From: Octopus vulgaris
Lineage: Eukaryota
Assembly (NCBI GenBank): GCA_951406725.2
Contig: OX597820.1
Coordinates: 96,472,001-96,536,000 of the forward strand
Reading direction: 5' to 3'
DNA: 64,000 bases
The notes under the pieces are model-generated. The model saw only the letters and a program-made list of their open reading frames with translations. It did no database searches and was not told where the DNA came from. Positions 1 to 10,500 of the stretch are shown here, piece after piece. The position numbers and the translations under genes are program-made. Every line of letters begins with the position of its first letter. Position 1 is the first letter of the stretch.

Positions 1-84
1 ATAATTTATTTGAATTTCGAAGTCAATAAACAAAACAACTTCTTGTAGGAGAATAGCGCTACAAAAAGAAAAAAACACATAATA

Positions 85-953
85 CGAGGTGGTATCAAAA
101 AGTTCGCAGACTAGTTCTGTAGCGCGTCAACAAATAGCAGCACACGGTTGCCTGTGCAATGAGAGCTAGCAGTGACCTTCAAGACACAGTGCACCGCGCT
201 ACACTGCTGTGTTTACTTCGCAAGTTGTGAAATTTGTGTTTTTGTGATCAGGTGTTTGCGATTTTTGGTCATAGACAGGAATTTGGAACAAAGAGCCAAT
301 GTAAAATTTTGCGTTAAACTTGGGAAGACTGCTACTGAGATATTGAGCATGCTTCGGCAAGGTTACAACGACGAGGCAATGGTTTGTTCGGAATGGTTCA
401 AGTGGCACGAATGCTTCAAAAGGCACGACAGAGCCGCAGCGCAATCAAGATCATGTTCGTCATTTTTTTCGACATCTGCAGTATTGTGCATCTAGAATTC
501 GTTCCCCAGGACCAGATTGTCAATCGAGAGCTCTACTACGATGTTTTGAAGCGTTTGAGAAAAGACATTCGGCGAAAGCGACCGGATCTGTGAAGCTCGA
601 AGAATTGGATTTTTCACCGAGCACTCCTCACTCGGGAGCTATTCGCCAAAAACAACATGGTATCATTCCGTACCCGCCTTATTCGCCAGATTTAGCATCT
701 GCTGACTTCCCTTTCTTCCCCGAGATGAATATCTAGCTCAAAGGTTGCCGTTTTAACATCGTTGCCGAAATCAAGAGCAAATCACAGGTCCTCGACTCAC
801 TTACGGAAAACGATTTTCAGGCCGGATTCCAAAAGTGGCAGGAACGCTAGGACCGGTGTATTGCTGCGCCAGGAGACTATTTCGAAGGAGATAATGTTGA
901 AACTTATTTCTTATTAAACATAACTGATCCGAGAACTTTTAGATACCACCTTA
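85..953 (+). mobile_element. Internally deleted, degenerate mariner element
   Basis: TA-flanked TIRs (CGAGGTGGTATCAAAAAGTTC.. / ..GAACTTTTAGATACCACC); transposase remnants EQRANVKFCVKLGKTATE, LKRLRKDIRRKRP, PPYSPDLA. Confidence 0.9.
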
Positions 954-1072
954 TATATTACCATAAAAATATTTTCTACGTTAATTCAAATGACATTGGA
1001 AAGTAAGGAACGAATTTATCTGAGGAACCTATACACAGGTGCATGTGTTTGTGTTTGTGTGTATGGAAGTAC

Positions 1073-1103
<31 letters not shown>

Positions 1104-1614
1104 GAAGTACGTGTGTGTGTGTGTGTAGATATATACAAATGAGTCCTGATTACGACTTCAAACTGCATCCGGTAATGGTGCCATGGTACAGCAGTTCCAG
1201 GGTCTTAAGGTGTGTAAAACCACCTTGTCGCCATTATTACTTCCAGGTCTACTCTGACCTGGATTAGTAGCTCTAATTAGGGTTCCAGTTATGGGTTAAT
1301 TTGCATGTGAACTACTAGGAGTGAAGGACCTCTAAGTCCTCATTAGAACTTTCTTCTGGGAGTAAACTCGTACAAGAACAAAAGAAAAAGAAAATCTGAA
1401 TTGCAGTGTTGATTTCTGGTCAGTTCAACCTCTGTTGTGCCACTAGTTTTACAGCTGACTGCGCTGAAAGGTGAATTCAGTGTCGCGCAACAATTTGGCC
1501 ACTCAAATTTATTTCTTTATTGACTACAGGGGGTTAAACATAGAGGGGAGAAACAGGGACAAAGGGACTGGGTCGATTACATCAATCCCAGTGCGTAACT
1601 GGTACTTATTTAAT
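901..1614 (+). repeat. ~700-bp local direct duplication, copy A
   Basis: Near-identical to 7699-8389. Confidence 0.95.
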
Positions 1615-1619
1615 CGACT

Positions 1620-2055
1620 CCCTTTCGGCTGAAAAACGCGACACAGTCCTTCTAACGCCTGCTGGACACTGTGTGCAGGTCTCGATTTTGTCTTTGCATA
1701 CTTAGATGATATCCTTATTGCAAGCCCAAACACAGAGCTACATAAGAAGCAACTAGTGACTCTTTTTGATAGGCTGGAACGATATGGTTTAGTAATCAAC
1801 CCCGCCAAGTGCGTTTTTGGTGCGACAGAAATCAGCTTCTTGGGGCATCGAATCACAAGTGCCGGCGCTACACCCTTGCCAGAAAAAGTAAAAGCTATCC
1901 TACCCTTTCCACGCCCCACCACAAGCAATGCTCTACATCAATTTGTGGGTATGGTAAACTTTTACTATCGCTTCATCCCTTCCGCAGAAAAAGTGATGAG
2001 ACCCCTACACAAGGTGCTGTCAAAAGATTGTTCAAAAAGACAGGTGGAATGGAAT
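1620..2055 (+). mobile_element. Ty3/Gypsy reverse transcriptase fragment (pseudogenised)
   Basis: PFG-LKNA..F*R, YLDD at 1699-1710, KCVFG..EISFLGH, FVGMVNFYYRFIP; one frameshift and one stop. Confidence 0.92.
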
Positions 2056-2117
2056 CGAAATCGCCATCCTACGACCGCGAGTCCGCTGCCCTAACCACTG
2101 GGCAATTGCGCCTCCAT

Positions 2118-2331
2118 GTATACATATATATATATATACATACACATATATACATACATATATATATACATACACATATATACATACATATATATATACA
2201 TACACATATATACATACATATATATACATACACATATATACATACATATATATATACATACACATATATACATTCATATATATATACATACACATATATA
2301 CATACACATATATACATACATATACATACAT

Positions 2332-2380
<49 letters not shown>

Positions 2381-2417
2381 AATGAGATAGGGGTTGTATG
2401 TATGTTTCTCCATTTTC

Positions 2418-2505
<88 letters not shown>
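2118..2505. repeat. Compound TA/CA minisatellite with (TA)n and (GA)n runs
   Basis: Read directly; source of the spurious YI/HT-rich ORFs. Confidence 0.95.
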
Positions 2506-2512
<7 letters not shown>

Positions 2513-2869
2513 TGCACTCGTAAATTCACCCTTCAACAGACTAATTAAGAAGTAGGTGTTTGTGTGGATGCAAAGATATTTCAATTATAGAGAGTATTAT
2601 GTCGCCATCGCCCAGTTTCCTTGTCTTATATAAGCCATTAAAAAACCACTGTTTACACTGGAAAGCAGCCTTCACACAAATAAATTCTGCCTAAAGAGAA
2701 AAGACATTTTCTTTTTTTTATTATATTGTTCAGTTATATCACTAATCGCCTGTCGTTTATAGGTATCCATGCACATACACACACAACAAACACACTTGAT
2801 GCGTGTGCATGTGTGTGTGACTGCGTATTTGTGTTTGCATGTATACACATATATATGTGTGTGTATGTA

Positions 2870-3257
2870 TCTCTATATATATAAACGGCAGTTTGTCTGT
2901 CTGTGTGTCTGTCAGGTTGTACCCTCACCCTGACCACAGCTTTCAACTGATTCTGATGAAACTTGACACACACATAGCCCAATGTCATAATTCAAAACTA
3001 ACGCAGCGAAAATTTTGAAAAGTTCCCCGTTCTGAAAAGAATCGATAAATTCGACATGGGGTCGGGAATCTAAGCTTTTTATATGCAACACATTTTCTGT
3101 TGGAAGACAGCTAGGAACATCGTATACATAGAAGTATTCGAGTGAAGAGAAGACATTGCAACCTACACATGCGCCTTCGTTCCCTAGAGGGAAAGAACTA
3201 GATTGGGATTAGTCGTTGCCTACTAGGGGCTCTTACATACCCGGGCTATGCTGCTAG
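2870..3257 (+). mobile_element. Non-autonomous Helitron-like element
   Basis: A|TC 5' end (TCTCTATATATATAAACGGCAG), CTAG|T 3' end, GC-rich subterminal hairpin remnant, no TSD. Confidence 0.7.
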
Positions 3258-3268
3258 TGTAAGTATAA

Positions 3269-3305
<37 letters not shown>

Positions 3306-3530
3306 ATCAGCCGAAATTGCGAAGATGATCTGGTTCTTGACTGATGACTGAGAGCTTCGAAAGTCCCGTCTGTGTGTGTTTTTGTCGTCTTCAAAATGTT
3401 TCACGTTCTTGTCCCAGTTTGTGTTTTTTTAACGTTTACATATATATATATATATATATGCGCTTATACTTACACTAGCAGCATAGCCCGGCGTTGCCCG
3501 GGTATGTAAGAGCCCTAGTATGCGCCTCCA

Positions 3531-3608
<78 letters not shown>

Positions 3609-3610
<2 letters not shown>

Positions 3611-4170
3611 TGGAGGCGCAATGGCCCAGTGGTTAGGGTAGCGGACTCGCGGTTGTAGGATCGCGGTTTCGATTCCCAGACCGGGCGTTGTGAGTGTTTA
3701 TTGAGCGAAAACACCGGCTCCGGCAGGGGGTGGTGGCGATCCCTGCTGTACTCTTTCTTCTGTTGGCCTGCTCGCTTAGCCAGCGGGGTGGCGTCATTTG
3801 AAGGCTGAAACAGTAGCAACATCTGATGACCTGGTCGGTCACGGTGATCACGGTAATATATATATATGTATGGCTCAGTGATTAGAGCGTCGACCTTACG
3901 ATCGTGAGATTGTGAGTTCGATCCCGGGACTGGGCTGCGTGTTGTGTTCTTGAGCAAGACACTTTATTTCACGTTGCTCCAGTTCACTCAGCTGTAGAAA
4001 TGAGTTGACCATCACTAGTGCCAAGCTCTATCGACCTTTGCCTTTCCCTTGGATAACATCAGTGGTGTGTAGAGGGGAGGATTGTATGCTTGGGTGACTG
4101 CTGGCCTTCCATAAACAACCTTGCCCGGACTTGTGCCTTGGAGGTAACTTTCTAGGTGCAATCCCATGGT
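3609..4170 (+). mobile_element. Two adjacent tRNA-derived SINEs (~3609-3850 and ~3870-4170)
   Basis: Pol III A/B-box heads (TGGCCCAGTGG..GGTTTCGATTCC; TGGCTCAGTG..GTTCGATCCC); related copies at 33049, ~47500, ~40640 and ~60690. Confidence 0.85.
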
Positions 4171-4707
4171 CAAAATAATCTACTATAATAATACTCTTGT
4201 GTTTTTCTCCGTCACAACATGAGTAAGAATGGAAGGGAGGATAGATGAATAAGAAAGGAAGAGGTGGTGGCAAACGCTCTATGTGAAACGCTCTCACACA
4301 GGGTGTTTCAATTCTGCGTGAGTATATGTGTGTGTGTGTGTAAAAGAGAAGTATGTGATTGTGTGTGTGGGGGAGGGCGTGTGTGTGTGTGTGCAATGGA
4401 AGTGGGATGGTGAAAATTCAACTCTGAAAAGAAAAATCAAACAGTGTTTCAACTCTGTGTGAGTATATCTGTGTACATGTGTGCATCTACAAGAGAAGTA
4501 TGTGAATGTTTCTATGTTTGAACCAGTGTTCGTTCAGTAACAAACGATGATCGATGTTACATAACAAGAGACAGCTACTAGATAACATTGACAAGTGTAT
4601 TAATTTGATCTACCATCCATATTTATGTATAAAATACTACAATTAGCCGTCATTTTCAACGGCGCAGTGTCAGTTGGTGGGTATGTATTAAGTATATAGT
4701 TTATATC

Positions 4708-4939
4708 CAGTTAAATGAAGAAAAGAAAATAGAGAGTAGGAAGTTAATAGTTATTTATTAACAAATTGGTGATCTTTACTTCTTACAGCTGTTTCAATTA
4801 ATACTCAATAATCTAATTACAAATTTGTAATTAAATTATGGACCATTAATTGAAACGGCTGTAAGAAGTAAAGATCACCAATTTGTTACTAATAAATAAT
4901 GAACTACCTACTCTCCATTTTCTTTTCTTCATTTAACTG
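4708..4939. mobile_element. Foldback / MITE-like inverted repeat with ~95-bp arms
   Basis: 4708-4802 is the imperfect reverse complement of 4846-4939; central palindrome TAATTACAAATTTGTAATTA. Confidence 0.8.
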
Positions 4940-4957
4940 TGTATGTATATATATATG

Positions 4958-5284
4958 GCTTCTGTGCCGGTGGCACATAAAAAGCACCATCCGAACGTGG
5001 CCGATGCCAGCGCCGCCTTGACTGGCTTCTGTGCCGGTGGCACATAAAATGCACCAACCAATCGTGGCTGATGCCAGACCCCCCCTGGCACCTGTGCAGG
5101 TGGCATGTAAAAAGCACCCACTACACTCGCAGAGTGGTTGGCGTTAGGAAGGGTATCCAGCTGTAGAAACACTGCCAAATCAGACTGGAGCCTGGTGCAG
5201 CCCCTGGCTTCCCAGACTCCGGTCGAACCGTCCAACCCATGCTAGCACAGAAAACAGACGTTAAACGATGATGATGATGATGAT
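4958..5284 (+). mobile_element. 5'-truncated RTE 3' tail ending in (GAT)n
   Basis: Matches 19480-19779. Further copies at about 6789+, 9343-, 10760+, 15290-, 19936-, 21825+, 24750-, 28283+, 30630-, 35155-, 41245-, 43850-, 44908+, 46760+, 51900+, 52449+, 54052+, 54980-, 55208+ and 57911-. Confidence 0.9.
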
Positions 5285-5979
5285 ATGTGTGTATGATATA
5301 TTTTCCATTACATTTCAGATTCAGCACAGAGTTGCTGAAGCAGAAATGTTATAGCAATTATTCTGCTCAGTATCACAGATTTTCTTGACCTTAAACACTT
5401 GAGCAGGTTTCTTAGTGGTTGACGATATGTGCATCTCTGATCATGAGCAGAAGTAATGAGGGAGCATCATAGCCATGTGTTGAGAGAGACTCTTTGGGGG
5501 TTTGAATAAATGTAACAAAATCAAAGTCTGAAGGAAATATTGGCCATTATTCATACTTTCTAGGGGTAAGCAAACGGGAAATAGTAGTTGCTCCCCATGA
5601 ACAAGAGTAATGTTACAGTGGTACTGGTTATTTTGGGAAGCCAGAATAGCAGCTTTACATAGACAGTTTTTTCTGAAGGAAAAGGGATAGCTTTGATTAG
5701 AAATGTTCACACCTCTTCAAGCTATTATTAGAATCTAAAGTAAATTAATTTTACCTAGGAACTGAAATGTGGTTGCACCGCACGTTTAATTGGTCTTGTT
5801 ACTGTAGAAGTAACAAAAATTTTGTTTGACTAAGCACAAAGGCAATTTACATTTGACAGATGTATGTATTTCATAAATTCAACAAGAGGAGTAAAACACC
5901 AAGTCAAGAGAGATGAGCTTTGGTACTGGAGTGATATAAAATACTGAGAAGGCATGTAGTACAGTGTTCTGCTGTTTTT

Positions 5980-7205
5980 AACAATGATAATAATAATCCT
6001 TTCTACTATAGGCACAATGCCTGAAATTTTTGGGGAAGTAACTAGTTGATAACATTGACTCCAATGTTTCACTGGTACTTAATTTATCAACCGTAAAAGG
6101 ATGAAAGGCAAAGTTGACCTCAGTGGATTTTGAACTCAGAACATAAAGACACAAAATGTTGCTAAGCATTTTGCCCAATTTTATAAAAGATTCACTCAGC
6201 TCACTGTCTTAATGATAATAATAATCCTTTCTACTATAATTTTAGAAGGGACTAGTTAATTACATCAACCCCAGCATTTCACTGGTACTTAATTCATCAA
6301 AACCCAAAGGCATGAAAGGCAAAATCAACCTCAGCAGAATTAGAACCCAGAACATGAAGATGGACGAAATATTGAGCATTTTGCCTGGCATGCTAACAAT
6401 TCTCCCAGCTTGCCGCCTTAACAATGATAATAATAATGATTTCAAAATCTGCCACCAGGGCAGCAATATGGGAAGAGGGCATGAGCTGATTACATCGACC
6501 CCAGTACTCAACTGGTACTTAATTTAACAACCCCGAAAGGATGAAAAGTAAAGCTGTCTTTGGCAGAATTTAAACTCAGAATGTAGCAACGGGTGAAATA
6601 CTGCTTAGCATTTTGCTCAGAATGCTGATGAATCTGCCGGCTTGCCACCTTGGACAATGATAATAATAATGATTTCAAATTCTACCACAAGGGCAGCACT
6701 TTTGGGGGAAGGGATGAATCGATTACATTGACCCCAAATGGTACTTAATTTATCAACCCCGAAAGGATGAAAGGTAAAGTTGACCTCCCTGTGTCGGTGG
6801 CACGTAAAAAGCACCATCCGATCATGTCTGTTGCCAGCCTCGCCTGGCCCCCGTGCCGGTGGCACGTAAAAAGCACCATCTGACTGTGGCAGTTTGCCAG
6901 CCCCGTCTGGCAACTGTGCCGGTGGCACGTAAAAAGCACCCACTACACTCACAGAGTGGTTGGCGTTAGGAAGGGCACCAGCTGTAGAAACATTGCCAGA
7001 TCAGACTGGGCCTGGTGCAGCCTTCTGGCTTCCCAGACCCCAGTTGAACCGTCCAACCCATGCTAGCATGGAAAGCGGAGGCTAAATGATGATGATGATG
7101 ATGATGATGAACATTGTGACAGGTGAAATACCACTATGCATTTCATCCAGTGCATTAACAATTCTGCCAGCTTTCCACCTTGTACAATGATAATAATAAT
7201 AATAA
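5980..7205 (-). mobile_element. Head-to-tail array of ~220-bp tRNA-derived SINEs, interrupted by an RTE tail (6789-7109)
   Basis: Repeated unit GGCAAGCTGGCAGAATC..GAGTTCAAATT..GCCTTTCATCCTTTCGGGGT..AAGTACCAGT separated by (ATT)n. Confidence 0.85.
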
Positions 7206-7242
7206 TATTAATAAAAACAATTCAAATAGAAATATAGAAAAA

Positions 7243-7248
7243 ATTTAT
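7243..7248 (-). terminator. Probable Nup54 polyadenylation signal AATAAA
   Basis: About 140 nt after the stop codon, followed by U-rich sequence on the minus strand. Confidence 0.55.
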
Positions 7249-7389
7249 TTTCATCTTTTGGAAATAAAATAATGGATCAATGTTCTTTGCTGAAATTGAC
7301 AAGCAGATTTGCAGGATGAATTTATAGTGTTAATAATTACAAGATGTTATATTTGGTAGACAGGAGGAGTACTAAACCAATCTCAACTG

Positions 7390-7509
7390 CTATCTATTGT
7401 GAGAAGCAGAGATTTCAGCTAAACCCTCTTCAATTAGACAAAGATCAGAAGAATCTTCTTTCATTAGTTGTATAATATGCTGTATTCCGGTTTGTTGCTG
7501 TTTCAAAAG
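7390..7509 (-). CDS. NUP54: Nup54 terminal coding exon (LLKQQQTG...SHNR*)
   Basis: tttcctttacag acceptor; TAG stop at 7392-7390. Confidence 0.93.
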   Translation of the reverse strand, partial: LLKQQQTGIQHIIQLMKEDSSDLCLIEEGLAEISASHNR

Positions 7510-10500
7510 CTGTAAAGGAAAACAAAATTACTATTAGAATTTGTATGCTTAACTATATATAAACAGGCATACCTCAACTTACATTGTTTCAAATTGTGTA
7601 CTTTTTGATATTATGTTGTTGTTTTTTTAGGGAAATTACTCGTAAAAAATAAGCCTCAACTTCAGTAAATTTATTTGAGACTGATGTCAATCTCAATGAA
7701 CTTATTTCTTATTAAATATAACTAATCCGAGAACTTTTAGATACCACCTTATATATTACCATAAAAATATTTTCTACGTTAATTCAAACAACATTGGAAA
7801 GTAAGGAACGAATTTATCTGAGGAACCTATACACAGGTGCATGTGTTTGTGTGTATGGAAGTACGTGCATGTGTGTGTGGAAGTACGTGTGTGTGTGTGT
7901 GTAGATATATACAAATGAGTCCTGATTACGACTTTAAACTGCATCCCGTAATAGTGCCATGGTACAGCAGTTCCAGGGTCTTGAGGTGTGTAAAACCACC
8001 TTGTCGCCATTATTACTTCCAGGTCTACTCTGACCCGGATTAGTAGCTCTAATTAGGGTTCCAGTTATGGGTTAATTTGCATGTAAACTACTAGGAGTGA
8101 AGGACCTCTAGTCTCCGTTAGAACTTACTTCTGGGAGTAAACTCGTACAAGAACAAAAGGAAAAGAAAATCTGAATTGCAGTGTTGATTTCTGGTCAGTT
8201 CAACCTCTGTTGTGCCACTAGTTTTACAGCTGACTGTGCTGAAAGGTGAGTTCAGTGTCGTGCAACACATTGGCCACTCAAATTTATTTCTTTATTGACC
8301 ACAGGGGGTTAAACATAGAGGGGAGAAACAGGGACAAAGGGACTGGGTCGATTACATCAATCACAGTACGTAACTGGTACTTATTTAATATTGAAGTGGA
8401 AAAAAGTGAAATAAAATACATGTGAAAATATATATAGACCATCTATTAAAATACAAAGGGCGTGGCTGTGTGGTAAGAAGCTTGTTCCCAACCACATGGT
8501 CTCAGGTTCAGTCCCACTACGTGGCATCTTGGGCAAGTGTCTTCTATAACAGACTGAGACTGACCAAATCCTTGTGAGTGAATTTAATAGACAGAAACTG
8601 AAACAAGACTATCATGTGTATGTGTGTGTGTGTATATATATATATATTACAGACATACACACACACATATATACATATACACATATATATATGTATATAT
8701 ATACACACACACACACAAATATACACGCATATACACACACACACACACACACATTTATGTATGTATATGTCTGTGTGTGCCTTTGTGTCTGTGTTTGTCC
8801 CTCCATCATCACTTCACAACTGGTGTTGGTGTGTTTACATCCCCACAACCTAACAGTTCAGCAAAGAGATTAATAGAATAAGTACTAGGACTTAAAAAAA
8901 ACATCCTAGGATCAAAATGATGCGACAAAAACACTTCAAGGCAGTGCTCCAGCATGGCCACAGTCAAATGACTGAAACAAATAAAAGAATAGAAGAATAA
9001 GCTAATACGTTTCTAAAAATGATTTTTCCTGTTGTCACATGTCTTGGAACCAATTACCAACGTATGTTGAGGTATGCTAGTACTTAAAATTTTTTAATGA
9101 AAAATTAATGCAAGTTTGACTTTTGCCAATAATTAACTTCATCTTTCTCATCTCTGTTTTCTACACAACATTTCAGTTAGTATATGCAGATGCATGACAC
9201 CATTAACATTTCATAGAATATGTTAAAGTAAGACAAAAGTCATTCCACTCCAAAGAAATCGTTAAAACAAAAATTTAATCGTTTTACAGGTCTGGCTTAG
9301 CACAGTGAACTCCCATCTCCCATATCACAGGAGATAAGTGCAATCATCATCATCATCATCGTTTAACATCCGCTTTCCATGCTAGCATGGGTTGGACGAT
9401 TTGACTGAGGACTGGCGAACCAGATGGCTGCGCCAGGCTCCAATCTTGATCTGGCATAGTTTCTGCAGCTGGATGCCCTTCCTAACGCAACAAAACCCAA
9501 AATGATTTAAAGTCTTGAGATCAGAGTTGGTCTAAATTAAATTGCTGTCTTGTTAAGAGCAGGGGAGCAGGTATGGTTGTGTGGTTAAGACACTTGCTTT
9601 GCAATCATGTAGTTTCAGGTTCAGTCCCACTGCATAGCACCTTCAGCAAGTCTCTTCTACCAATCATTGCCTTATGGGTGAATTTGATAGGCAGAAACTG
9701 AATAGAAGCCTATCAGTTATATCAAAAGAGACACAAGCACTTTTACACACACACATATATACATGATGGAACTTCCATTGACCGAATTCACTCACAAGGC
9801 TTTAGTTGGCTTAAGGCTATAGAAGACACTTAATCAAATGCACTGCAGTGGGGTTGAGCCATGTGGTTGAGAAGGGTGTGTGTGTGTGTGTGTGTGCTGT
9901 GCTGTCACTACTTGACTAACAGTGTTAGTTTGTTTATATCTCCATAACTTACTAGTTTAGCAAAGAATACATAGCAAACTTTAAAAAATATTTTATAGGA
10001 TTTTTTTTTTCCCCCACTAAGCCGTTCAAGGTGCTGCCTTAGCATGGCCACAGTCAATGGCTAAAGCAAGTATAAGATAAAAGACATATCTTACTCAGAG
10101 ATTTAATATAGTTTATTTCTCCATAAAAGATTTTTTTTTAAAACTAATTTAGCAAACTTAATTAGTTTTGTGTTTTACTCTCTGAGGCAAACAAATTAGT
10201 GCAACTTAAAGTACTTCCTTGATTTTTATTTTTTCACAACATTTTTTAAACTAATTAGATCTAGAAATTAGATGTGAAGCAACCAGAAGAGCGACAATGA
10301 TGATGATCACCACAACACTATTATTATTACTGCCGTTGTTATAAGCATGATGGAATGGCAGAATTGTCAGACCATCATAGTAATTGCCGTGTGCTATTTG
10401 TTTCGGCTATTTATGATTAGAGTTTGCATCCCATCAAGTTCACCTTTCTCATTTATCCCTCAGAGGTTGATTACAGTAATGTAATATAAGAGGTTACAGA

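Noticed and set aside
3335-3372. CTGATGA...GAAAGTC as a hammerhead
   Set aside because: No stem III is possible between GAAA and GUC, and there is no convincing stem I or II.
3609-3685. tRNA genes at SINE heads (also 33050, 39065)
   Set aside because: A/B boxes run directly into SINE bodies and there is no complete acceptor stem.
4958-5120. Palindromic ~25-nt repeats with ~35-nt spacers resembling a CRISPR array
   Set aside because: The spacers are homologous to each other, the array is part of the RTE 3'UTR, the DNA is eukaryotic and there are no cas genes.
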